Of a DNA stretch of 64,000 bases, positions 8,943 to 18,354 are shown piece after piece. The notes under the pieces are model-generated. The model saw only the letters and a list, made by a program, of their open reading frames with translations, searched no databases and was not told the origin of the DNA. Position 1 is the first letter of the stretch. Every line of letters begins with the position of its first letter. The stretch is from a virus. The translations under genes were made by a program, and so were the position numbers. Location of the stretch: UHGV virus genome UHGV-1368191; one strand, 5' to 3'.

Positions 8943-9969
8943 GGAAATAAGTTGGGAGGTACCTGAGGATATCTATAGGCAAGACCCAGCACTGAGCTAT
9001 AGTACATTAGCTAGATATGAGAGAGAAGGGTTCAGTAAAGTGGATCACTTATTTGATAAAGTGGAGAGTCCTTCACTCCTATTGGGATCTATAGTAGATT
9101 GCCTGATAACTGATGGGCAAGAGGAATTTGACAGAAGGTTTTTGGTAGCTGAATTTCCAGCTATTCCTGATAGTATTATCACTATAGTTAAGGATATATT
9201 CAGTACATATAGTGAAGTGTATACTTCCTTGAGTAACATTCCTGATGACTATATTATAACCTTTGCCCAGAAGTATAATTATCAACCTAACTGGAGACCT
9301 GAAACAAGGGCTAAAGTAATTAGGGAAAAGGGTTCTGAGTACTATAATCTTTTGTACCTATCTACTGATAAAACTATAGTGGATACTGAAACATATAAAG
9401 TAGCTACTGATATGGTAGATGCCTTAAAAAACAGTCCTATTACAGGTAGCTATTTTAGCCCTGATAATCCTTTTGATGATACTATAGGGAAATATTACCA
9501 GTTAAAGTTTAAAGCTACCCTCCATAATGTAGATTACAGGTGTATGGCGGATTTGATAACAGTGAATTACAAGGACAAGATTATTTACCCAATAGATCTC
9601 AAGACCTCATTTAAGCATGAATATGAGTTCTATAAATCCTTTATAGACTGGAATTATCAGATACAAGCCAGGCTCTATTGGAGGATAATAAGGAATAATC
9701 TTGATAGGGATGAATATTTTAAGGACTTTAAGCTGGATGATTACAGGTTTATAGTGGTAAGTAGGGACTTACACCCCCTTGTTTGGTATTTCCATAACAC
9801 TACAGCTTTAGGAGAATTAGTGTATGGCAGACATAATAATATAATAATGAGAGATCCTGAAGAAATAGGAATGGAGTTAAGGAAAATCCTTGATAATAAA
9901 CCTATTTATCCTGAAGGGATAACCTCTAGGGACAATGATATTGTAGACTGGATAAACAATAATATGTGA
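8926..9969 (+). CDS. PD-(D/E)xK nuclease, RecB/Cas4/lambda-exonuclease-like fold
   Basis: Motif order 'GSIVDCLITDG' ... 'MADLITVNY...IYPIDLKTS' ... 'YQIQARLYW' fits RecB-family motifs I/II/III plus the QhxxY motif. No cysteine cluster. Confidence 0.45.
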   Translation: MMKSLKEISWEVPEDIYRQDPALSYSTLARYEREGFSKVDHLFDKVESPSLLLGSIVDCLITDGQEEFDRRFLVAEFPAIPDSIITIVKDIFSTYSEVYTSLSNIPDDYIITFAQKYNYQPNWRPETRAKVIREKGSEYYNLLYLSTDKTIVDTETYKVATDMVDALKNSPITGSYFSPDNPFDDTIGKYYQLKFKATLHNVDYRCMADLITVNYKDKIIYPIDLKTSFKHEYEFYKSFIDWNYQIQARLYWRIIRNNLDRDEYFKDFKLDDYRFIVVSRDLHPLVWYFHNTTALGELVYGRHNNIIMRDPEEIGMELRKILDNKPIYPEGITSRDNDIVDWINNNM

Positions 9970-9970
9970 T

Positions 9971-12862
9971 ATGACAGAGCAAGAATGGCTAAATGATAAT
10001 CAGCTCTCATTGGATATATGGCATAAAAAGTACCAAGTTGACAATGAGAGCTTTGAGCACTGGCTTGATAGAGTAAGTGGAGGAAACCAAGATATAAGAC
10101 AACTTATTCTTGAAAAGAAATTCCTGTTTGGGGGTAGGATACTAGCAAGTAGAGGAGTGACTGACAGAAGGGTTACTTATAGTAACTGTTATGTAATTGC
10201 ACCCCCAAGGGATAATATTGAATCTATCTTTGAAACTGCAAGTAAGTTAGCAAGAACTTATAGTTATGGAGGAGGCTGTGGTGTGGATATTAGCAACCTT
10301 AGACCTAAAGGTACTATAGTCCATAATGCAGCTAAAAGTACATCAGGTGCTATAAGTTTCATGGACTTCTATAGCTATGTTACTGGTCTTATAGGTCAGT
10401 CAGGCAGACGTGGGGCATTAATGATTAGTATTAGCTGTAAGCATCCTGACATTGAGGAGTTTATTAATCTTAAAACTAAAGCTGGAGTATGTGAAAAAGC
10501 TAACATAAGTATCAGAGTATCTGATGAATTTATGGAAGCTGCTATACAGGATAGGGATTGGATAACTGAATTTACAAGTCCTGAGACTGGTACTATAACC
10601 AAGACTTTCAAGGCAAAAGATTTGTTAAAACTCCTAGCTAAAAGAAATTGGGAGTGGGCAGAACCTGGATTATTATATTGGGATAGAATTGCTCATTATA
10701 ATATGCTTGATAATGATGATGCTTTTGCTTATGCAGGGGTCAACCCATGTCTTACAGGAGATAGCTTGATTCAAACAGTGGAAGGGGAAATTCCTATAAA
10801 GGAGTTAGTAGGAAGTACTCCATTTGTATATTGTATGGATTCTGATGGTAATCTTGCTATAAGAAAAGCTGTTAAGGTTTGGAAAACAAGAAAGAATGCT
10901 CAACTTGTTGAGGTTATAGCAGGTAAGGGAAGACTAATTTGTACTCCAGACCATAGAATATTTACTACTAATAGAGGTTGGGTTGAGGCTGCTAATCTTC
11001 AAAAAGGAGATAAAATAAAGGGTCTTAATAGACAAACTACAGGGCATAAATATTGTTCTGTAAGCCTTAGTGGCACTAAGTATGAGAAGGAACATAGATT
11101 TATTGCAAGACACTTCTATGATATAGAAGATATGGATGTTCATCATATTAATGATAATGGGTTTGACAATAGATTATCAAATCTTGAAGTTATCACTCAT
11201 GAGGAACATTCAAAACTTTCTAATACTGGAAGGGTTATTGAAGTTAATAGAGATGAAACTACTGGAAGGTATCTTCCTAAAGAAGAGCATACAGGTAGAA
11301 CCTGTAGAAACTTAGGAAAGGAAGTAGGTATTAATTGGTATATTCAAGAAGTAAGAACTCTTGATTATACTGAGGATGTCTATGACATGACTATAGAGGA
11401 CACTCATAACTTCATTGCTAATGGGTTTGTAGTTCATAATTGTGCTGAAGAGCCATTACCAGCAGGAGGCTCATGCTTATTGGGTAGTATTAACCTTAGT
11501 GAATTTGTAACTAATCCATTTACTGATAAGGCTAAGATGAACTGGATTAGTCTTGTAGAAGCTGTAGAGATAGCTATCTCAGGTCTTAACGAAGTACTTG
11601 ATGAAGGTATGATGTTACATCCTCTTCAAGAGCAAAGAGACTCTGTAAATAAGTGGAGACAAGTTGGCTTAGGTACAATGGGATTAGCTGATATGCTAAT
11701 TAAATTAGGTATTGCTTACGGTTCTAATAAAGCTCTTGAGATAACTGAAAGAGTATATAAGCTTATAGCAGCAACAGCTGTGCAAGCATCTATCAAATTA
11801 GCTACTTTTTCAGGATGCTATCCTATGTGTGATAAGGAGAAGTTAGCTAATTCCTCGTTCATTAAATCATTAAATCTTCCAGATGAAATGATTAGTGATA
11901 TAAGGACTTATGGATTAAGAAATAGTCAACTTCTTACTTGTGCTCCTACAGGTAGTATTGCTACCATGTTGCAAGTATCTACTGGAGTAGAACCTAACTT
12001 TGCATTAAAGTACACAAGAAAGACTCAATCATTGAATGGTAAAGATACTTATTATGAAGTATTTGCTAAAATAGTAGATGACTATATTGGTGATAGATAT
12101 GGTGAAGATATAAAACTTCCTGATTACTTTGTAGAGTCTAAGGATATAGCTTCTATTGATAGAATCAAAATGCAGGCAGTACTACAGAAGTACACTGATG
12201 CAAGTATTAGTTCTACAATAAATCTTCCTAAAGAAGCTACAGTGGAAGATGTGTATAACATCTATGTAGAAGCATGGAAGCATGGACTTAAGGGATGTAC
12301 AGTCTACAGGAGTGGATGCTTTAGGGAAGGTATTCTTACTACTAAAAAGCCTATCAATATGCAAGCTGTAGGTGCTCCTAAGAGACCTAAAGAGCTTCCC
12401 TGTGATATTCATAAGGTAAAGGTGAAAGGAGAGAACTTCATAGTATGTGTGGGTCTTTATGAGGAGAAACCATATGAGGTATTTGTCTTTAGGCTCAAGA
12501 ATAACATAGAGCTTACTGACACAAGGGGAACCATAACCAAGCTCAAGAAGGGTGTATATAGCCTTGAGTCAAAGGATTTGATAATAAATAACCTCCTTAA
12601 TACTGATATTACTGTTGAGGAGAAGGCTGCCACTCTGTATAGTTCTATGCTTCTTAGGCATGGAATCTCTCTTAAGTATATTATTAAGACAGCAAGGAAA
12701 GTCAATGATAATATAATCTCTTTCAGTAGTGCCATGTGTAGGGTACTATCTAAGTATTTACCTAAGGATACTGGGGAATCCTGTCCTGAATGTGGTGAGA
12801 AATTAATAAGAACTGGAGGATGTGTCTCATGTCCTTCCTGTGGTTATAGTAGATGTGAGTAA
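9971..12862 (+). CDS. ribonucleotide reductase large chain (class I/II-type fold, probably cobalamin-dependent class II-like), interrupted by an intein; C-terminal Cys-rich ribbon
   Basis: 'YGGGCGVDISNLRPKG' (first active-site Cys region). Thiyl-radical motif NPC(x)E reconstituted across the intein (AGVNP | intein | CAEEPLPAGGSCLLGSINL). N-terminal 'FLFGGRILASRG'. C-terminus 'CPECGEK...CVSCPSCGYSRCE'. Confidence 0.8.
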   Translation: MTEQEWLNDNQLSLDIWHKKYQVDNESFEHWLDRVSGGNQDIRQLILEKKFLFGGRILASRGVTDRRVTYSNCYVIAPPRDNIESIFETASKLARTYSYGGGCGVDISNLRPKGTIVHNAAKSTSGAISFMDFYSYVTGLIGQSGRRGALMISISCKHPDIEEFINLKTKAGVCEKANISIRVSDEFMEAAIQDRDWITEFTSPETGTITKTFKAKDLLKLLAKRNWEWAEPGLLYWDRIAHYNMLDNDDAFAYAGVNPCLTGDSLIQTVEGEIPIKELVGSTPFVYCMDSDGNLAIRKAVKVWKTRKNAQLVEVIAGKGRLICTPDHRIFTTNRGWVEAANLQKGDKIKGLNRQTTGHKYCSVSLSGTKYEKEHRFIARHFYDIEDMDVHHINDNGFDNRLSNLEVITHEEHSKLSNTGRVIEVNRDETTGRYLPKEEHTGRTCRNLGKEVGINWYIQEVRTLDYTEDVYDMTIEDTHNFIANGFVVHNCAEEPLPAGGSCLLGSINLSEFVTNPFTDKAKMNWISLVEAVEIAISGLNEVLDEGMMLHPLQEQRDSVNKWRQVGLGTMGLADMLIKLGIAYGSNKALEITERVYKLIAATAVQASIKLATFSGCYPMCDKEKLANSSFIKSLNLPDEMISDIRTYGLRNSQLLTCAPTGSIATMLQVSTGVEPNFALKYTRKTQSLNGKDTYYEVFAKIVDDYIGDRYGEDIKLPDYFVESKDIASIDRIKMQAVLQKYTDASISSTINLPKEATVEDVYNIYVEAWKHGLKGCTVYRSGCFREGILTTKKPINMQAVGAPKRPKELPCDIHKVKVKGENFIVCVGLYEEKPYEVFVFRLKNNIELTDTRGTITKLKKGVYSLESKDLIINNLLNTDITVEEKAATLYSSMLLRHGISLKYIIKTARKVNDNIISFSSAMCRVLSKYLPKDTGESCPECGEKLIRTGGCVSCPSCGYSRCE
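10748..11440 (+). mobile_element. intein (231 aa) with embedded HNH endonuclease domain, inserted in the RNR active-site NPC|E motif
   Basis: Starts 'CLTGDSLIQTVEG' (intein block A) right after extein ...GVNP. Ends '...NGFVVHN' followed by extein Cys (CAEEP). Internal HNH signature 'HHINDNGFDNRLSNLEVITHEEH'. Confidence 0.75.
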
Positions 12863-12864
12863 TT

Positions 12865-13053
12865 ATGGTAAAATCAAGATTGACATTGAAAATAGGTGAG
12901 GAAGAATCCTCCTATGAATGGGAACATGAGGATATAGCAGTAGGAGATATATTATCAGCTCTTAGGGGAATGCTGATGTCCCACACATATTCTGATGTAT
13001 CCTTTATTAATGTAATTAAAGATTTAGCTGAACAATATGAAACTGAAGATTAA
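12865..13053 (+). CDS. hypothetical small protein
   Basis: 62-aa ORF between the RNR and dUTPase genes. Confidence 0.3.
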   Translation: MVKSRLTLKIGEEESSYEWEHEDIAVGDILSALRGMLMSHTYSDVSFINVIKDLAEQYETED

Positions 13054-13555
13054 AGTAAAAGTACTAACAGAAGGATGTATGCCTCAAATAAGTGAAAGTG
13101 GTGACTGGATAGATCTTAAAGCTGCCCAAGATGTAGAAATCAGGGCATCTCAAGCAGGGACTCAGTATCAACTTTCCAATGTTAAATATAGAGATGTCAC
13201 CATCCCTGTCACTTATATCCCTTTAGGAGTGGCTATTCAATTGCCTAAAGGTTTTGAGGCTATAGTAGCATCAAGAAGTGGAAGTCCCAAGAAACTGGGA
13301 GTATTCATTCCTAGTGGTCAAGGAGTTATAGATAATATCTATAATGGAGATGAGGATGAATGGCAATATATAGCCTCTCCACTGACTAATACATATATCC
13401 ATAAGGGAGATAGAATATGTCAATTCAGGATTCAGTTAAGTCAGAAGGCTACTATATTACAGAAATTGAAGTGGCTTCTTAGCTCTGGGATAGAGCTGGT
13501 GCAAGTTAATTCCTTAGGTAATAATAACAGAGGAATGAATGTAACTGGAGTTTAA
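13037..13555 (+). CDS. dut: dUTP diphosphatase (trimeric dUTPase)
   Basis: Five dUTPase motifs in order: 'SESGDWIDLKA', 'VASRSGSPKK', 'GVIDNIYNGD', 'RICQFRI', C-terminal Gly-rich tail. Confidence 0.8.
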   Translation: MKLKIKVKVLTEGCMPQISESGDWIDLKAAQDVEIRASQAGTQYQLSNVKYRDVTIPVTYIPLGVAIQLPKGFEAIVASRSGSPKKLGVFIPSGQGVIDNIYNGDEDEWQYIASPLTNTYIHKGDRICQFRIQLSQKATILQKLKWLLSSGIELVQVNSLGNNNRGMNVTGV

Positions 13556-13576
13556 TTTTATATGGTTTAGGTTAAT

Positions 13577-14077
13577 ATGGATTTTTCACTAATATGGGAG
13601 ATAGTTAAAGTATTGCTAATGGTTATTGCAGCAGTAACCTTAGCTTGTATAGTAGATTTTACCAGAAGTAAGAAAAACAAGATGTCCTTTAGGGAATCAA
13701 TGGATTTGACAGAACTTCCAGTGGTTACTTTTAGGCAAGATGGTAAGGATAAATTCAATTTCCTTCTTGATACTGGTTCTTCTCTTTCAGTCATAAATGA
13801 GCCTATATTAAATATAATAAAGCACACTAGTCTTGATTGTACAAGCTCTGTTTATGGCATGGAGGGGAATTGTGTAGAGACTTCATTAGTAAGTATTCCA
13901 TTGAAGTATAAAGACACTGATTATGTGGAGAACTTTCAGGTAGTTGATATGAGTGCTGCCTTTGATAAAGTAAAGAAAGAAAATGGAGTGACAATTCATG
14001 GGATACTTGGTAACTCATTCTTTGTAAAGTATAAATATGTACTTGATTTTAAAGAGCTGATAGCATATTCAAGATGA
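13577..14077 (+). CDS. membrane-anchored retropepsin-like (clan AA) aspartic protease
   Basis: N-terminal hydrophobic helix 'IWEIVKVLLMVIAAVTLACIV'. Catalytic 'FLLDTGSSLSVI' (D-T/S-G-S) and later 'GILGNSFF' (retropepsin flap/GRD-like region). Confidence 0.6.
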   Translation: MDFSLIWEIVKVLLMVIAAVTLACIVDFTRSKKNKMSFRESMDLTELPVVTFRQDGKDKFNFLLDTGSSLSVINEPILNIIKHTSLDCTSSVYGMEGNCVETSLVSIPLKYKDTDYVENFQVVDMSAAFDKVKKENGVTIHGILGNSFFVKYKYVLDFKELIAYSR

Positions 14078-16200
14078 TATATCTGGTCACTAATAACCAA
14101 GAGCTATTTGAATCTGAGGACTATAAAATAATAGGGGTAGACGAAAGTCTATCCCTATTAAGTTCCTTAGATATAGTAGGTCTTGATACTGAAACCAGTG
14201 GATTAAGCTGCCATAAGGATAAGCTGCTGTCTCTTCAACTTGGCTGTTATGATTTTCAAGTAGTCATTGATTGTTCTACTATAGATGTAAGACTGTATAA
14301 AGACTATATTGAATCAGATAGATTATTTCTATTCCATAATGCCAAGTTTGATTTACAATGGCTTTACAAGTATCATATAGTTCCTTATAATGTCTATGAC
14401 TTATTCTTGGCTGAGAAAGTCATGTGGAATGGCTACCCTGTCAGGCTAACTCCTGAAGTATGGGATAAGATTCAATGCCCTAGATATGATTATGTACCAG
14501 CAGACCCTAAGAAGAAGGGTTCAAAAGCAAGTTATGTCTTATTTATGAACTTAAAGAAGTTAGGTGAGATGTACCTTGGAGTAGAACTTGATAAGTCCAT
14601 AAGAGGGCAGATTATCTATAAGGGTCTTGTAGGGGATGTAATTGTATATGCCGCAAATGATGTTAAGTATCTTGAACAGATAAGGGAACTTCAACTTAAA
14701 CAGCTTGAGAAACAAGGGCTGCTTATAGCTATAGAGTATGAGAATAGAGCTATACTCCCTATTGCCTATATGTGCTTCTGTGGCATTAAGATGGACAGGA
14801 CAAGATGGGAGAAGAAGATGGAGCATGACCAAGCTGTCCTTGATGGTATTGTTGATGAAATGAATAAATGGCTTATAGAACATGAGCCTAATTCAAAGTA
14901 TATCAAGATAGATAGACAAGGTGATTTGTTCTCAGGCTTTAACCTTGAACCTCAAGTAACTCTTAACTGGAATAGTCAAAAGCAAGTTATTCCTTTATTC
15001 AAAAAGTATGGAGTTGATACTACAGCTCTTGATAAGGAGGATGATGAGGATAAGGACAGCATAGGAGCTAAGGTATTAGGTCCACAGAAAGATAAGTGTA
15101 GCCTTATTCCTTTGTATATTAGGTTCAAGGAAATGAAGAAGCTATGCAGTACCTATGGAGCAAATGTGCTCAAGCAGATTGATGAAGTAACAGGTAGGCT
15201 ATATACTAACTTTAATTCATTAGGTACTGATACAGCAAGAATAAGCTCAGGAGGCAAGGATAAAACAGCTAAAGTTGATTATGTTAATATGCTTAATATG
15301 CCAGCTGATGCTGAGACTAGAGCCTGCTTTATTGCTGAAGAAGGCAACAGATGGATTTCAATTGACTACTCAGGTCAGGAATCGTATATTATGGCTGACG
15401 TAGCTGATGACAAGGAGATGATTAGGGAACTTACCTATGGAGAGGGTGATTTACATACTCTGACTGCCAAGATAGTATTTCCTGAGATTCCTAAGGATAT
15501 GTCAGCTAAGGAGGTCAAGAAGCAATATCACAAGCTAAGACAAGAAGCTAAGGGTTATGAGTTTGCATTTAATTATGCAGGCAATGATAATACCATTATG
15601 AGGAACTTTGGACTTACTGCTAAAAGAGCTAAGGAAATCTATGATAATTATATGAGGGGCTTTAATGGCCTTAAGAGATATATTGAGTCCAGAAAGAAAG
15701 ACTGGTTCAATAAAGGCTATATAGACTTAAATCCTAAGGTGGGGTATAAGGCTTATATCTATGATTGGAGTTATCTCAAGAAGTTGCAAACTAAGTTTAG
15801 GGAACCTGGATTTTGGGACTATTACAGGGAGATGAAAGTAGATGCGCCTAAATGTGATACTGTGATGATGGTAAAGGAGTTCTTCAAGAGAAGAGCTGAC
15901 TCTGATAGGCAATCTGTCAATTATCCTATACAGCATACTGGCGCATTGTGTTATAAGGTAAGTATGGTGAACTTCTTTGAATATTTAAGGCACAATGACT
16001 TATTATTTAAGGTGCTAATTACTGTAACTCCTTATGATGAAATAAACTGTGAAGCTCCTGAAGAGATTGCAGAAGATGTAGCTCAAACTCTATATGATAT
16101 AATGGTAAAATCAGGAGCTTATTTTGTGAAGAAAGTCAAACTTGATGCAGATATTAGTAGACTGGAGGATGGAACCTTGCCAACCTACTGGATCCATTGA
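14074..16200 (+). CDS. DNA polymerase, family A (Pol I-like) with 3'-5' exonuclease domain
   Basis: Exo I 'VGLDTETSGL'. Pol motif A 'ISIDYSGQESY', motif B 'RQEAKGYEFAFNYAG', motif C 'VTPYDEINCE'. Confidence 0.85.
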   Translation: MIYLVTNNQELFESEDYKIIGVDESLSLLSSLDIVGLDTETSGLSCHKDKLLSLQLGCYDFQVVIDCSTIDVRLYKDYIESDRLFLFHNAKFDLQWLYKYHIVPYNVYDLFLAEKVMWNGYPVRLTPEVWDKIQCPRYDYVPADPKKKGSKASYVLFMNLKKLGEMYLGVELDKSIRGQIIYKGLVGDVIVYAANDVKYLEQIRELQLKQLEKQGLLIAIEYENRAILPIAYMCFCGIKMDRTRWEKKMEHDQAVLDGIVDEMNKWLIEHEPNSKYIKIDRQGDLFSGFNLEPQVTLNWNSQKQVIPLFKKYGVDTTALDKEDDEDKDSIGAKVLGPQKDKCSLIPLYIRFKEMKKLCSTYGANVLKQIDEVTGRLYTNFNSLGTDTARISSGGKDKTAKVDYVNMLNMPADAETRACFIAEEGNRWISIDYSGQESYIMADVADDKEMIRELTYGEGDLHTLTAKIVFPEIPKDMSAKEVKKQYHKLRQEAKGYEFAFNYAGNDNTIMRNFGLTAKRAKEIYDNYMRGFNGLKRYIESRKKDWFNKGYIDLNPKVGYKAYIYDWSYLKKLQTKFREPGFWDYYREMKVDAPKCDTVMMVKEFFKRRADSDRQSVNYPIQHTGALCYKVSMVNFFEYLRHNDLLFKVLITVTPYDEINCEAPEEIAEDVAQTLYDIMVKSGAYFVKKVKLDADISRLEDGTLPTYWIH

Positions 16201-16231
16201 CCTAGTTATTAAAAATACTAAATGAAAGGAA

Positions 16232-16705
16232 ATGAAAGAATTAAAAGTTATAGAAAGTATATCTGAACTCAAAACAGGAGACTCAATTACTTATGTTGGA
16301 ACTGAGGGTTTGAAAATTCCTGGGTTTACACCCTTTAAGGAGTATTATATACAAGGGAATGATGGGTTTGAAGTGATTCTTATAAATGATAATTCTGAGA
16401 TATGCAAAGTAAATTTTGATAATATCAAGAATCAGTTCAGGTTACCTGTATATGAAAAAGATGAAGTAAATCATCCTCCCCATTACACTTGGCTAAAGGA
16501 TAAATGTGGGATTGAAGTTATTGATATAACAAGACATCTTGACTTTGACCTTGGCAATGCACTAAAATATATTCTAAGAGCTGGTAGAAAGCCTATTGAG
16601 ACTGAGAATAAATCAGATTTCTATGCTGGCACTATACAGGACTTAAAGAAAGCTGTGTGGTATCTAAATGATAAAATTAAGATGCTTGAAGAAAATGAAA
16701 GATAA
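16232..16705 (+). CDS. DUF3310-like phage protein
   Basis: 'PPHYTWLKDKCGIEVIDITRHLDFDLGNALKYILRAGRK' resembles the DUF3310 signature (HY...IE.ID....F.LGNA.KYI.RAG.K) common in phage nucleotide-metabolism clusters. Confidence 0.45.
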   Translation: MKELKVIESISELKTGDSITYVGTEGLKIPGFTPFKEYYIQGNDGFEVILINDNSEICKVNFDNIKNQFRLPVYEKDEVNHPPHYTWLKDKCGIEVIDITRHLDFDLGNALKYILRAGRKPIETENKSDFYAGTIQDLKKAVWYLNDKIKMLEENER

Positions 16706-16871
16706 CTTTATAGTAGTACAGGGGTCTAATATTCAAGAATTGATGAATAAAGAAGGCTTTAAGGATAATGTAGAGCTTATTGAGGATGAGAGGTATTATC
16801 AACTTTATGGAGATAATGCTTATTTCGTAAATGAAGACTGGTATAATAAAGTAATGAATCATGGTGAATAA
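16668..16871 (+). CDS. hypothetical small protein
   Basis: 67-aa ORF, co-directional, small overlaps with neighbours. Confidence 0.3.
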   Translation: MIKLRCLKKMKDNFIVVQGSNIQELMNKEGFKDNVELIEDERYYQLYGDNAYFVNEDWYNKVMNHGE

Positions 16872-17130
16872 AGAATGTATAAATAATGAGAGTGACTGTC
16901 ATGTTCCTCCTGTGAATAAAAAGCTCTGGATAATAGAGTTTGAAATCAGGAATGATGGCAGGGGATGTGCAGTAGTAAAGGCTGGTAATCCTAATGAAGC
17001 AAGCAGGGTACTTAAATCTGAGGGACTATATAATGGCAGTCCTATAGATTATATGATCTATAGAATTGAAGAGATAGTACCTTCTCCTGAAACAATGCTT
17101 ATTTGTGAACAAATAGTTAATAAGGAATGA
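16861..17130 (+). CDS. hypothetical protein
   Basis: 89-aa ORF with ATGA overlap into the next gene. Confidence 0.35.
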   Translation: MVNKECINNESDCHVPPVNKKLWIIEFEIRNDGRGCAVVKAGNPNEASRVLKSEGLYNGSPIDYMIYRIEEIVPSPETMLICEQIVNKE

Positions 17131-17621
17131 AGCAGTTTACACAGAGAGAACTTATTAAGATATGTATAGCAAATGGTTTCCACTTTGAAAGAATGAGTGG
17201 AGACCATGCTGTATATATTAATAAGGAAGGAAGACATATCAGTATTCCCAATCATCTCAGGTGTGTAATAGCTAATAGACTTATTAAGGAGAATAATTTA
17301 GAAACTGATTTAAAAAAACTTAAAAGGGAAAGAAAAATGGATAATTATCCTACTATGTCTCAAATTGAAGAGAGTAATGCTCCTTGGAATGACTCTAAGG
17401 AACCTAAAGAAGTTGAAGTTATTGTAAGTATGACTATCAGTAAGGTAGTTAAAGTACAGGTCTCTGATTATGAAGTACTTGACAGCAAGGATGAATATGG
17501 TCAAAATGAAGTGGATTTTGATAACTGTGATTTGAAAACTGCTGTAGAGGAGCAAATCACTCTTCCTACTGATGTCTGTGAAGGTTGGTACATTGATGAG
17601 TTTGAAGCCCTAATATCATAA
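17127..17621 (+). CDS. HicA-like (YcfA-like) domain protein with ~100-aa C-terminal extension
   Basis: N-terminus 'RELIKICIANGFHFERMSGDHAVYINKEGRHISIPNH' follows the HicA pattern (ELIK.L...G....R..GSH..Y.......V.VP.H). Confidence 0.55.
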   Translation: MKQFTQRELIKICIANGFHFERMSGDHAVYINKEGRHISIPNHLRCVIANRLIKENNLETDLKKLKRERKMDNYPTMSQIEESNAPWNDSKEPKEVEVIVSMTISKVVKVQVSDYEVLDSKDEYGQNEVDFDNCDLKTAVEEQITLPTDVCEGWYIDEFEALIS

Positions 17622-17624
17622 AAT

Positions 17625-17777
17625 ATGAAAGTATATAAGGTAACTTGTTTTAATGGTAGTGTCCTTCTTGTAGTAGCTAATAGTTTTGGTGAAGCTGAGG
17701 ATAGGCTTGTCAAGAAACATAGATTATTTTCTATTGAGAGTATAGAAATACTTGACTATGAAGTAATTTGTGATTAA
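17625..17777 (+). CDS. possible small protein (50 aa, below the ORF-track cutoff)
   Basis: Uninterrupted ATG ORF (MKVYKVTCFNGSVLLVVANSFGEAEDRLVKKHRLFSIESIEILDYEVICD) filling a gap in a tightly packed co-directional cluster. Confidence 0.2.
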   Translation: MKVYKVTCFNGSVLLVVANSFGEAEDRLVKKHRLFSIESIEILDYEVICD

Positions 17778-18162
17778 AAAAGAGCATAATATGATTCCAG
17801 AAAAATTTAAATGTTACAATTGCTATGATGATGGTAAAATTACTCATAGTAGACAATATAAAGTTCTTATAACAGATATAATTCCTAGAGAAGAAGCTTA
17901 TGAAGAACTGTTACGTATTTGTTATTTAGCTTTAGAGGATTATCCTGAGCTTTATGATAGTAATTATGATACTATTGTAATAGGAGTATCTTATGAAGAC
18001 CAGATCCCAAGAATTGAAATATTTCTTCCTACTACATATGGTAAATGGATGGGAATTGGTGAATATGAAGAAGGCTCTGATAGTATGAACTCTTACTGGT
18101 GTAGTGGAGTACTGGATGTTGATGGAGAACTTACAAAGCAATTAGAAAAATCTTTAATTTAA
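17770..18162 (+). CDS. hypothetical protein
   Basis: 130-aa ORF. No motif. Confidence 0.4.
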   Translation: MIKKEHNMIPEKFKCYNCYDDGKITHSRQYKVLITDIIPREEAYEELLRICYLALEDYPELYDSNYDTIVIGVSYEDQIPRIEIFLPTTYGKWMGIGEYEEGSDSMNSYWCSGVLDVDGELTKQLEKSLI

Positions 18163-18168
18163 ATCTAT

Positions 18169-18354
18169 TTGAATATGGTAATAACTAGAAGATTATATCG
18201 GATAGTACTAGAAAACTATCTTTCCTATCATGTGGCAGCTGACTCTATTGATGAAGCAATAAGTATTATGAGAAAATGGAGAAAGGACTGCAAGATTACT
18301 AGTGTAAGTAAAAGCAATGATGACGTAGTATTAACTAAAGAGGATGTACAATGA
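18169..18354 (+). CDS. hypothetical small protein
   Basis: 61-aa ORF with ATGA overlap into thyX. Confidence 0.3.
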   Translation: MNMVITRRLYRIVLENYLSYHVAADSIDEAISIMRKWRKDCKITSVSKSNDDVVLTKEDVQ

